Below, piece after piece: positions 1 to 15,414 of a stretch of 64,000 nucleotides of DNA. The notes under the pieces are model-generated. The model searched no databases and was not told the DNA's origin. It was given only the letters and a program-made list of their open reading frames with translations. The translations under genes were made by a program, and so were the position numbers. The stretch lies in the NCBI RefSeq assembly GCF_009914755.1, contig NC_060930.1. One strand, 5' to 3'. Positions within the stretch are counted from its first letter, which is position 1. Each line of letters starts with the position of its first letter. Origin of the DNA: the human T2T-CHM13v2.0 reference genome, Homo sapiens.

Positions 1-260
1 AGGATGAAAGGAGTAAATCAATAATAATAAATGATGGGTGAAAATAAACACAAAAGAATGTTAGAAAGCATGAACTGATGATGAAGCATCTTATGAAGGG
101 ATGAGTATGGCCAACCCAATCCTCTAAGTCTAAGGACCTCTGCCTGAAAAAAGCAGCAAAATTAAAGGACATCCCCAGATCAGCACAACCCACTACTTTA
201 CTGGCTCTCACTCTATGAAAAATGTGCAACTACCTAGAGAAACAGGTCACAGAAACAATC

Positions 261-712
261 TGTCAGGCCTCTGAGCCCAAGCTAAGCCACCGTAACCCCT
301 GTGACCTGCACGTATACATCCAGATGGCCTGAAGTAACTGAAGAATCACAAAAGAAGTGAAATGTAAATGGCCTGTTCCTGCCTTAACTGATGACATTCC
401 ACCACAAAAGAAGTGAAAATGGCCGGTCCCTGCCTTAACTGATAACCTTGTGAAATTCCTTCTCCTGGCTCATCCTGGCTCAAAAGCTCCCCCACTGAGC
501 ACCTTGTGACCCCACCCCGCCCGCCAGAGAACAACCCCCCTTTGACTGTAACTTTCCTTTACCTACCCAAATCTTATAAAAACGGCCCCACCCCTATCTC
601 CCTTTGCTGACTCTCTTTTCGGACTTAGCCCGCCTGCACCCAGGTGAAATAAACAGCCTTGTTGCTCACACAAAGCCTGTTTGATGGTCTCTTCACATGG
701 ACGCAAGTGAAA
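261..712 (+). mobile_element. Solo HERV-H LTR (LTR7 family, LTR7B/LTR7Y-like)
   Basis: Starts TGTCAGGCCTCTGAGCCCAAGC; contains CACAAAAGAAGTGAAA repeats, TATAAAA and AATAAA; ends GTGAAA; perfect 5-bp TSD CAATC at 256-260 and 713-717. Confidence 0.93.
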
Positions 713-1316
713 CAATCCTTTGCTGATGAATTCCATTTAGAGAAGTATGGGGTAAGTATAGTAGATTGTGAAATAAAATGATTTTTAATGAACATTTTAA
801 TTCTCAGATGAAGATACTTTCTAAGTTTGCTCTAATATTTCATTCAGAAGCCTTCAAACTGTCAATAAGGCTATACTCCATTCTCTCAAGAATCAACAAA
901 CTTTATCATGCATCATTAAATATACATTGTTTTTATTATATTTGTATAAGTGTATAATAGAAAATTACTAGTATTATTTTAATTTCAATACTTAATTTTA
1001 TTAAGTTAATATTCAATAATCAAAATAGTTAATAAGTCATACATCATATCAATTATTGAATAAACAAGGTAAATATGATAGTTATTAAGTAACTATTTTA
1101 TGCCAGAGAGACAGTGTAAGATTTTTAAAATATGAAGGAGACACACAGCATGCATCATGATCTGAGGAGAAAAACTCAACTTATGGAAGGCATTTAGAAA
1201 ATAATCAGTTAGACAATTTCATAATTAACTAAAATTTCAACAGGAATTCAGAAAAGGATAAGAAAAGGTTTTATGAAAAATGGAGCTGAAGCTAACTCAG
1301 GAAAAAGGCAATATAT

Positions 1317-1904
<588 letters not shown>

Positions 1905-2759
1905 TTTTTTTTTTTAAAGCAATATGTGAAAAAGTAAGGAAAAATAGAAAAATATGCACAAGAATATGCTACACATTTACAGAAATGTAAAAAACACAAA
2001 ATGAGACTTGAAAATCTAATAACATAATTTTTAAAAATTTGTGATCACAGCCAGGTCAAAGGAAGTAAAAGCCAATGATGCAGTGAAGAAACCAAAATCT
2101 TCAGCTCTTTTTTCTTTTTCTAGTTAAGGATACAGATCTTTAGACTGAAAGGGGAAACTAAAGATTGAAAAGAAAGAATTGAAGTCTGGTGTCTCAAAAG
2201 ACTATATATTAATATTTAGCTGCTTCAAATCAGTAATATCTTCTGGGTCTGAGCAATTGGGATTCTAGCCTAATGAGAATTTGAATATCAATCTATCAAA
2301 TGTAGGTTTAGAAAATCAGAGCAACTCGGAAACTTTTTATTTTAAAAATGAAATTGATTTCTAAAATTTAATATAAGTATTTGCCATCAATCCTAATGGG
2401 TTTTAGAATGAGTTTTTAAATAAATGACTTAAGGGGTATTCAAGAATGAACACTATTTTTCAGATGCATTTTGGGAACCTGTATTATTTCAATACAGCAA
2501 ATCATGTCATGCTAAAGCAATTTTCTTATTAAAATACGCCTAGGCCGTAGGACCCCTACTATAAACTATGCTCATATGAGCTAAGTCAAATATTCATATG
2601 AGTGAGGGAAAATCAGTGAAGCATCACTACTCACCCAGCCGTAGTGAATTATTCAGGCCCTACCAGGTGGCTTCCTGCTGTGGCTTGCATGTTTGCCCCC
2701 TCCAAAACTCATGTTGAAAATTAATTGTCATTGTAACAGTATTAAGAAATGGAACCTTT

Positions 2760-3054
2760 GGGTCCGGGCGCGGTGGCTCACGCCTGTAATCCCAGCACTT
2801 TGGGAGGCTGAGGCGGGCGGATCACGAGGTCAGGAGATCGAGACCACGGTGAAACCCCGTCTCTACTAAAAAAACATACAAAAAATTAGCTGGGCGCGGT
2901 GGCGGGTGCCTGTAGTCCCAGCTACTCAGGAGGCTGAGGCAGGAGAATGGAGTGAACCCGGGAGACGGGGCTTGCAGTGAGCCAAGATTGCGCCACTGCA
3001 CTCCAGCCTGGGCGACAGAGCGAGACTCCGTCTCAAAAAAGAAAGAAAGAAAGA
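2760..3054 (+). mobile_element. AluY with 12-bp left-arm deletion (AluYd-type)
   Basis: GAGACCACGGTGAAACCCC lacks TCCTGGCTAACA; CpG-rich; (GAAA)n tail; 16-bp TSD AAGAAATGGAACCTTT at 2744-2759 and 3055-3070. Confidence 0.88.
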
Positions 3055-3178
3055 AAGAAATGGAACCTTTAAGCATTAATGAGGTCACGAGGGTTCTGCC
3101 CTCATGAATGGGATTAATGCTATAAAAGGGCAAGTTCACTCCCCTCTTTCACTCTTGCCCTTCTACCTTCTGCCATGT

Positions 3179-3766
3179 TGAGATGGGATTATTCCCTTGA
3201 CCCTGACCCCCTTCGTGGGCAGGAACTAGAGAGGCTCATTTCACTCAGCTGGCCGCTGACCACTCCCCTTTAGAGGGAGCTTGAAAGTAAGCAAGTACCG
3301 AACCTGAGGGAACGCTGGAACCTGCGGGTCGCTCCTCTCTGGCGGAAGCAGGCTCTGAGCAGGCCCCGCAGAAGCACCCAAGCCCCTGCCCTCTAGACAC
3401 CCGGGTTCCTGTCTAGCATCCAGGAAGAATCAGATTACATGAATGGATTGAAGGGTGGTGTATGTGGAGGATTTTATTGGGTGATGGAAGTGGCTCTCGG
3501 TGGGACGGGAGTTGGAAAGGGGATGGTACGGGAAGAAGGTGATCTTTCCCTGAAGCTGCACCATCTGAAGTCAGCCACTTGTATCCCCACCGCTCAGCAG
3601 CTTGTGCTGCTTTGCCAGCTGAAGTCTTTTCATGGGCACAGGATAGGGGTGTGGCCGGCCAAAAGGGCAACATTTGGGCAGAAAAATGGGGTCAGCTGTT
3701 TTCACTTAGTTCCAGGCTTATGTGTTGGGGGGGGGGGTTAGCTGGGAGCACAGCAGTTCTTTATCA
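3179..3766 (-). mobile_element. ERV1 solo LTR (LTR1/LTR27/LTR28/MER52-like)
   Basis: TG...CA termini; 4-bp TSD ATGT at 3175-3178 and 3767-3770; minus-strand AATAAAATCCTCC poly(A) region. Confidence 0.75.
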
Positions 3767-5169
3767 ATGTGATGATATAGGAAGAAAGCTTTTGCCACAT
3801 GGCGATGCTTTTTGATCTTGGATTTAGCCTCTAGAATTCTGAGCCAATAAAATTCTGTTCATTATTTATTACCCAGGCTCAGGTGTTCTGTTATAGCAGC
3901 ACAAAACATACCACAACAGTCTCAATGCCTGTCCCATCACCATGAGTGCCAGATCATCTCCTCTCCCCGAATTTGGTTATAGTTTGAGGACATGCAAAGG
4001 AAATATTGAACAGTCTATTTGATGCAGTTATTGGGCAAACCCAAGCAATGAATGAACTCTTGAACTCAACCATGAAAGAGCTCTTAAACTCATGCAGACA
4101 TATGGAGTAAACTTTGATGCAAACTTTAATATTTGCATCAAAATGTTAAGTAGTTGGATATTGATTAATTTACCTTTGCATTTCATTTAAGTTATAAATA
4201 AATTTTTTTTCACTTTTTCTATAAATATTTCATAAAAAACTGTAACTCACATTTGTGGCAGATCAGTGTATGGTGGATATGGACCTAAATATTTTTATAT
4301 GTGATAACTCATTTAAACCCTTACAGCAATCTTATAATCAGTAAAGATACTTGCTTAAAGGTGAGGGAACAGAGGTACACAGAGACAAACTTAACTTGTT
4401 CAAGGTCATACAAAAGAAGTGGCAGGGCTGTGATTCAAATCTGCACAGGGATCACACTCTTAACCGCTATACTAGATTAAATCTGTAATATAGTATCCAT
4501 AGGTTGAAAAAACATGTTACTTTAAAGAAAAAAAAAAAAGCTTTCTTCAGACATAGTAGATAAAAATTTTAATTTCCAAAATCTGTTTATCTTCAAATTT
4601 TATTTTTTATAATAAAGACATTTTAATTGATTTTTTAGATATTTCCCTCCCAAATTTTCAAATCTATTCTAAACAGTTTTGAATGTTTCTTCATTTCTTT
4701 CAAGTGACAGTAAATGAAGTAACACTTTTATTTTTAAGTCAAACAAGAGTATCTAGAGTTTCATTTCCAAGCACTTTATAATAAATTCTTTATTACTTAC
4801 TTAGCAAGTGATCTATACACTTTAAATTTGAGGTAACTGTAAATAGCAAATCAATGACAGCAAACAACTCAGTGCACATGCATGTTTGAATAGCCTTTGA
4901 ATATTTCCCCAATTTGATAATTTTTTGTTCAGTATGGCTTCGACTCTTGTTTTGAATATACAATCCATCAAAGTTTTACATATTATGGTGATATCATCAT
5001 ATCTATCACATAAAAGCTTGGTTTGCTAAGATAAGTTACTTCTATAAATTCTGTATTATCCAGTCCATTGTTAAGCACCAGTAAATATTATGGTAGGGCA
5101 GATATAGTTTTGCTTACTGTGACACAGAACCCAAATAATAGTGGTTTAAAGAAGATAATAGTATTTCTT

Positions 5170-5463
<294 letters not shown>

Positions 5464-6545
5464 AAGAAGATAATAGTATTTCTTACTATTATTTATTACT
5501 ATGTAATGGCATTGGTAGGAGATCCAGACTGGATGGCACCTCCAATTATCAGGAACCGGAGCCCCCTTCTTTTGGTTCTACCATTCTCAACTTGTTGCTA
5601 TCATTTCATGGTCCTAGATGGCTGCCCAGCAACTTCCACATCATATGCATTCCAGCAAGAAGAAATGAAAAATGCAGGGAGAGGGGTTATTTATCCTAAC
5701 GTTAAGTCAGGACCAGGAAGTGGCCCTTGGCACTTCCGTTTATGTCTGATTGGCCAGCACTTAATTGCCTGCTGCGCCTGGTTCTGTGGGATACTGGAAC
5801 GTTAGGCTTTAGCTGGGAGGCTATGCAAGAGTTAAAATTCCATTTTCCGGGATACGAAGAGAATGCTTTTTGGAGGTACAATGAGCAATTGAACCTCATG
5901 AACTAATAATGCATCACATTTTCTTTTTAAAGATAATAACTCAAGGTACACATTAAAATTTATTTGTAAAAGGTGTTAAAGTAAAAATCCCCCTTAACAT
6001 TCCACTCCATATCCATTTTCCTCCACAGACTTAATCACTGTTAACATTTTGATGCTTTCTTCTTTGTATTTTCATGTAATAACATATCATATTTACTACG
6101 CACCTATTCAACTGCCTTTTTTAACCAAATAAAAATGTTATTACATAGTCTGGTTTTTCATTTAACTATATGTCTTAGAGATTGTCCTATTTTGTTTTGT
6201 ATGGTTTTATCTAAATCTACTAAGCTGATGCATAGAATTTGACAGTGTAGTCATACCATATATGATTTAACTGGTCCCCATTAATAGACATTTAGGCTGT
6301 TTCTAATTTGTTTGCAATTCAAAAATTTATTTCACAAAGATACTGAATTTTATGACCAGAGCCTGTGTTATAGTAAACTGTGGGTATATTTCTATGGAAT
6401 AGATCTATTGAGAGCAGTTTATGCATCAAAGTATATATTCATTTAAACATTCTTGCATATTTACTTTTTCATGAGAACTTTGGAAACATCAAATCCAATA
6501 AAATACATTTTCTTAACAAAACCTTTGTAAATTAATCTTTGGTAT

Positions 6546-7118
6546 TTTTGAAGGCTGATGTAATACCTCGGTTCTTGTCTTTTTAGTTTAAAAGGATTCA
6601 AACAAGAGACACACAGCAAAAGAAGTGTAGCATAATTTATTGCAAAAGAAAACAGTATTTTGAAAGCTGAGTGCGGAATAGGTAGCGCACCCTGAGAGAG
6701 AGAGAATTCAGGGCAGGAAGCTCATAAGGATGGGACAGCAAAGACTGGCACTAGGGATAGCCATGATTATTCATAAGGAGGTGGAAAGAGGTGTGACTAG
6801 AAAGCATGTTCTAGGTGGTCCTCGGGGTGCACATGTGCAGTAGCTGTACATGTTTCTTCATATGTAGCATGTCTCATCAGCATCTTAAATCTCCACCCAA
6901 GGGTGTCTTTTTTACTATTAAAATGAGCAAAAGGTCAGTTTGAGGACAGATAAAATCAAAATGAGCATCCTCTCTAGAGGGGAAAGTTCCTACTGAAGAT
7001 AACTGTTCTTGAATGAGCTCAATTACAATGTGAATGCTGAGACTTATTGTGTTGACTGCACGGTCACCACAGTGACCTGAGAATATGGTCACTTCCTTGA
7101 CGGACCTATCCTGCCTCA
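6546..7118 (-). mobile_element. ERV1-type solo LTR (subfamily not assigned)
   Basis: Minus strand begins TGAGGCAGGATAGGTCCGTCAAGGAAGTGACCAT and has AATAAA near its 3' end; GTAT flanks both sides. Confidence 0.65.
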
Positions 7119-7339
7119 GTATTACTTTGAATATAATGGAAGAAACATATCTTTATGTGATTTTCCCATTCCAAGAGCATAGTGTCTTTTTTTTATAAAT
7201 TTAAGTTTTCTTTCATGAACAATTTCAATTTTGTCATTTTCTTGATATAGGTATTATACAATAAAAATTAAGTATCTCCTTAAGCATTTGATTGTTTTTC
7301 TTATTACGATGACTATATTCTATTACACTTTCAGAAGCC

Positions 7340-7862
7340 ACAGCGTGGCTTAGCTGATTTTTCTGCTCCAGGTCTCATAAGACTAAAATCAAGAGGTCAG
7401 CAGAGCTGTACCCACTACTCAAGGTGCTGGAGAAGAATCTGTTTCCAAGCTCATTCAGGTTGCTGTCTAAGTTCAGGTCCTTGTGACTGCAGGACTAATA
7501 TACCCATTTCTTTGCTGGCTGTCAGTTGAGGGCTGCCCTTGGCTCCTATAAGCCTTTTTCTGGTCTTTGCACATTTTGGAACCAGCCAGGGCATGCTGGG
7601 AATCATCTCTCTGCCTTCCATGTGGCGCTCTCTCATGCTCATTCTCTCTCTCTTCTCTTCCACCACATCTCTCTGACTCCAAGCAGAGGAAGTTCTTTGC
7701 TTCTAAGAGTTTATGTGATTAACTTGAGCCCCTCCTGCCCCAGATAATCCAGGATAATCTCCCTTAATTACATCTGCAAAGTCCCTTTTCCATGTAATGT
7801 GACATTCACAGGTTCCAGAAATTAGGGAATGAACATCTTTGGGAAGTCATTCTGCCTAGTAC
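7340..7862 (-). mobile_element. MLT1 MaLR LTR (MLT1D/E-like)
   Basis: AAAATCAAGAGGTCAGCAGAGCTG, CATCTGCAAAGTCCCTTTT and TTCACAGGTTCCAG motifs. Confidence 0.7.
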
Positions 7863-7955
7863 GTGTGCATACTGACTTTTTTTCCAATTTTAAGTTCATG
7901 TTTCTTAGAATTTATCTCTGGGAATTCTTTGATACCTTGATTTAAAGTGTGCTTC

Positions 7956-8245
7956 TTTTTTTTTTTTAGACACAGTCTCACTCTGTCGACCAGGCTGGAG
8001 TGCAGTGGCACCATCTCGGCTCACTGCAACCTCCACCTCCGAGTTCTAGCGATTCTCCTGCCTCAGCCTCCTGAGTAGCTGGGATTATAGGCACACGCCA
8101 CCATCCCCAGCTAAGTTTTGTATTTTTAGTAGAGATGGGATTTCACCACATTGGTCAGGCTGATCTCAAACTCCTGACCTGATGATCTCTCCGCCTCGGC
8201 CTCCCAAAGTGCTTGGATTACAGGCATGAGCCACTGCAACCAGCC
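7956..8245 (-). mobile_element. AluS
   Basis: Full Alu with TSD TAAAGTGTG(C/T)TTCTTT. Confidence 0.9.
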
Positions 8246-8369
8246 TAAAGTGTGTTTCTTTAGAAAGTTTATTTCTCAAGGCATGTTGGTCACTGCTAAT
8301 GCCACTGACTAAACTATAGTTGCAGCCTGAAGTCTCACAGCCGTCCTCAGGGTAAATATCACCTCAAAC

Positions 8370-10702
<2,333 letters not shown>

Positions 10703-11398
10703 CAAACATTCAAAGAATAACAATTGTCCTACATTCTCACAAAAAAACAGAAGAGAGGGAATGCTTCTAAACTCATTTTATGAGGCCACCACCCTAATAC
10801 CAAAGCCAGACAAACCTACCACAAAAAAAAGAAAAATATAGGCCAATATCCCTGGTGAAAATACATGCAAAAATCCTCAGTAAATGCTAGCAAACCAAAT
10901 TCAAGAGTGCATTAAAGGGATTATACACCATGATCAAGTGGGATTTATCTCTGGGATGAAAGAGAATTCAACATATGAAAATTAATCAATGTGACACATT
11001 GCATTAAGAAAATGAAGCTTCAAAACCATACACGATTTTCTCAATAGATGAAGAAAAAGCATTTGAGAAAATTCAACATGAATTCATGATAAAGCCCCTC
11101 AGAGAAACAGATATAGAAAGAATAATAAAAGCCATATATGAAAAGCCCACAGCTAACATAATAATCAATGGGAAAAAAACTTAAAACTTTTCCTTTAAGA
11201 CCGGGAACAAGGCAAGAATGCCCACTTTTCCACCTCTATTTAACGTAGTACTGGACGTCTAGCCAGAGACTAGAGAAGAAAATGTAATCAAAGCATACAC
11301 ATCAGAAAAGAAGAAGTAAAAATATTTTTATTTGCAGATGATTTAGCCGTATATGTAGAAAACCCTGAAGACTCAGCCAAAAAACTATCAGAACTGAT
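10703..11398 (+). mobile_element. Inverted 5' segment of the same old L1 (ORF2 RT region)
   Basis: Plus-strand ORF2 RT motifs (CATTTTATGAGGCC, CATGATCAAGTGGGATTTATC, TTTGCAGATGAT) abutting the minus-strand L1. Confidence 0.8.
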
Positions 11399-12321
11399 TT
11401 CAGCACTTTCTCCCTGTGCCTCTAGCTCTGACTCTCATTGTTCAGATTTAAGTCAATTTCCCTCTCAGATCTGATCATCACTTTCCATAGCCACAATCAG
11501 ACATTCATGAAGACTTATTTACTGAGAAAAAAATTAATGACACTGACCTTGGGAAATTATCTTTACTTCCACTGTAGTTTGTAAAATCTTAAAACTTAAC
11601 AGCTAGATTTTCACCTGACCTCTATTTTAATGTTGTCATCATCACCTCTATTTTTAATTTTGTCATTCTCCCTACCAAAGTGAATGAATTTAAAGAGAAA
11701 GAAAAAGAAGACCAACATTTATACCATGTAAACAAAGAAGAAAAAAGGCATAACTCTGTTAAAATGACATGTTCATATTTTTAGTCATCCTCCTAGTTAC
11801 TTTCTAAAAACTTGAATTAAAAAACAGATTTAAAATTTTAATTTTTTGTGGGGAGTTCTTATAGGTTTTGACAGTACTCCCAGTTTACTGAAACTGTTTG
11901 GGTCAATTTAATATTGGGAAGATAAAACCTATTATAGTTTTAAAATATAAAGCTAAAAAAGGAAATTCAATGTCAAATATGTACCTTCTCTTAAATGTGA
12001 TGATGTTCTTTTGTATCATTTGATATTGTTATAAGTTAAAATGTAAAACTATTAAAATGCATGTGAATAGAGATTTTTAACTTGTTTTTTAGGGTCCAGT
12101 GACACTTTTATTAACTTGGAGTGTCCAAAATACTTTCATCTTGAGATCCCTTCAAATTATTTCATTTCCCTATTTAATAAATATTTATGAAGAGCCTATT
12201 GCATGCCAGGCACTATTTCAGCCACTGGAGTTCAGTTTGTGAACAAAATCAATAAAGCTCCTATCCTCATGAAACTTATTGCTGGTGGAAGAGACAAAAC
12301 ACAACCAAAAAAGCAAAGCAT

Positions 12322-12677
12322 TTTTATGTACCCTGAATGCTTACGTTCCCCCAAAATTAATATGTTGAAATCCTCCCCGCCAAGGTGATGGTAGGAAGAG
12401 GTGGGAACTTTGGGAGTGATTTGGGTTATCCAACCCTCATGAATGGGATTAGTGTCCTTATAAAAGAGGCTGAAAGTGACCCTTCACTCCTTGCACAGTG
12501 TGGGATCACAACGAGAAGATGACTGTCAACGAGACAGCGAGCCCTCAACAGACACTGACCTGCCAACCCCTTGATCTTAAACTTCCCAGCCTCTAGAATT
12601 GAGAAATAAATTTCTGTTGTTTTAAAGCCACCCAGTTTAGGATATTTTGTTATAGCAGCTGGAACAGACTAAGACAC
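12322..12677 (+). mobile_element. MLT1A-like MaLR LTR within L2 remnants
   Basis: CCCTCATGAATGGGATTAGTG, AATAAATTTCTGTTGTTTTAAAGCCACCCAG, ends ACAGACTAAGACA. Confidence 0.8.
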
Positions 12678-14502
12678 ATATATAGCATAATGTCAGGGTA
12701 TGATAAATAACATAGGGTCAGGAGACAGAGCATGGTTTAAGTGGGAACACTTTAGACAGGGTGGTTAGCGAGTGCCTGTTGAAGAGTGACTTCTGGCCAG
12801 AGACGTGAATGAGGAGAGTGAGGAAGTCATGTGAATATCTGAGGCAAGAACAAACTTCTCAATGTACTTTATGACCACTGGAGAACCCAGACCTAAAGAC
12901 CCAGGTTATGAAATAATGAGCAGTAGAAAAGCAAACCTAACAGTTTTGTAAAGATAAAAATCAAGTTCCTGTTGTGGCATGACAAGTCATGGGACTCAAA
13001 AATCACGTAGACATAAACATTCACTTAGATAGATCCATGCCAGGGAAAGGTATGAACCCTTACCAAGCAAATTACATACACAGACAAGAGCCAGTGCTGT
13101 CCACAAGCAAGCTATTCCTAGGTCATAAACTGATTTAAGAAACACATTTTCTTTAGAGTTTTGACTGGGTTGTGGCCATCTGCAAAAATGAAAACCCATT
13201 GGGAGAAAATCTGCATAGTTCAACATAGAACAATGAAAGGAAGTGTCAGCCTGTATCCCAGCCCTGAAATGGAATGAGCTCTGTTTCTGCACAGAAGGCA
13301 GTTGAGACAATGTCAGTTACCCATTCCACTCATTTTGGTTTATTTTAAGGAAAATGCAATCTATGCAGTGTTTAGGAAATTATATACACCTTTGAAATTA
13401 GGATTTATTGCAATCAGGTAACCTTTAATAATGCAAAATGTGTATTTAAAAATACATTTAGTAATTAAGAATCGTACTCGATGCTTTTAGAACAGTAAAG
13501 TGATTAGTATTTCAATATACTTTCATCCAGATTACATTTTCTTCAGAAATAACATGTTCTTTTAATTTTCTATTTTTATGAACTTTGTTAACAATATTGA
13601 AAAGTAAAGACAACTGTTGAAATGTAAGCCCTTTTTGTCTGTTAAGTAATAGTAGGAGCTTTTATTTACTGGATTATTTGAAAATAAACTTTAGCAAGAA
13701 TATTATAGAGGTGAGTCTTTATATTTGCTCAGTGAATTCTCTAAATTTTCTATGACGTTTTATAATTCTCTTAGATGATTTATATTTTAATTTCTAATAA
13801 ATTTATACTTAAATTCACAAAAAAATGAGACTGATCAGAAACAACCTCATTTTGGAAGAAGCAGGACTGCAAAAATTAATATAACTGTCTTTTTTTGTTG
13901 TTTTCTTAGAACTACTCAGGAATATATTACAGACTTCACAAAGAGGAATACTACTTTGCACTAAGTCATATTCTAATGACTAATAAGTTAGAATATGATT
14001 AATACAAGATATATGCAAGAGTTCAGGCTAGAGTTACTCAAAGATTGATGAAGCCAGATCATGGAATGCAGTTTAGCGCAGTTACTAGGTGCAGTTTGAC
14101 ACGTTATTCACAATTTCCAGTGCCTCCAAAGTCCTCAGAGGATCCAGTCTAAACAAGCAAAGCTTGAGGAAAGACTCTTGAAATGTTAACTAACTTGTGT
14201 TTCTCAAAATGTTTCATGTAACTCTTTCCTATATCAGTTCTCAAACTTCTCTATAAAAAACAAATTCCTGAGATCGTTGTACCCTTTGTTATAGCACTTA
14301 ACAAACTTTGTAATGAAAAATTTTGCATTTATGTTTTCCCTCCTTGATTTTAAATATATTTCTTCAATGTAGAAACTGTTTTTTCATACTAAATACTAAG
14401 TAAAGAGTAACACAAATTTTATATAAATTACACTTAGATATTTATGAAATGAATTAAATAACTTTCAAAATTTGTATACCAAATAGAGAAACAGACATGT
14501 TA

Positions 14503-14868
<366 letters not shown>

Positions 14869-14984
14869 TTACTATATAAATTTAATTTTCAAGCATTGGA
14901 ACGTGGTCTATTTCTCAATTCTGTATACATTTAATTCAAGGTGCTGTAGCTGAGAGTTTGGAGTCTTCCTTTCCATGTCAGTAG

Positions 14985-14997
14985 GGGATGAGGAAAC

Positions 14998-15032
<35 letters not shown>

Positions 15033-15218
15033 CACAACCCTGTTATCCTAAAAGCAGTTTTGGAGGTGGCTGAGAGGAGAGAACTTAGGAACTTAGCTGA
15101 GGAAATGATGAAAAGGACATTGTTTTGTGTCTCAGGAACCATGTGGAATTCCAAGATAAGAAAAACAGTTGCTAATTTGAGTATAAAAGCAGGAAACATG
15201 ATACACTTATTTCCTTTT
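14985..15218 (+). promoter_or_regulatory. MYCT1: MYCT1 promoter region: TATA box and clustered ETS (GGAA) cores
   Basis: TATAAAAG at 15182-15189; GAGGAAAC, GAGGAAAT, CAGGAACC and CAGGAAAC nearby; CpG-poor. Endothelial/haematopoietic ETS control of MYCT1 is prior knowledge. Confidence 0.6.
14996..15035. repeat. (CA)n microsatellite in the MYCT1 proximal promoter
   Basis: About 20 CA units with one interruption, ~150 bp upstream of the TATA box. Confidence 0.95.
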
Positions 15219-15414
15219 ATGCGAACACAAGTATATGAGGGGTTGTGTAAAAATTATTTTTCTCTTGCTGTACTACAAAGAGATAGAATCAAACTGCTTT
15301 TTTTCGACATACTGGTTTTTCTTTCTGTTTTTCTTCTCTTTCTTCTATTTCTTGTGGATATTATGGCTAATAACACAACAAGTTTAGGGAGTCCATGGCC
15401 AGAAAACTTTTGGG
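15219..15414 (+). CDS. MYCT1: MYCT1 (MYC target 1) coding exon 1
   Basis: Encodes MRTQVYEGLCKNYF...DIMANNTTSLGSPWPENFW plus one base; donor G|GTAAGG at 15415; alternative start Met49 at 15363. Confidence 0.95.

Larger units (their letters stand above)
2676..3918 (+). mobile_element. MST-type MaLR LTR, interrupted by an Alu and an ERV1 LTR
   Basis: CCCTCCAAAACTCATGTTGAAA start, GCCCTCATGAATGGGATTAATG, and TTATAGCAGCACAAAAC end; sequence rejoins across both inserts. Confidence 0.8.

Noticed and set aside
14988-15218. N-terminal extension of the 150-aa ORF (MRKHTHTH...)
   Set aside because: Runs through the CA microsatellite and lies upstream of or across the TATA box; the ORF's 3' end also reads into the intron
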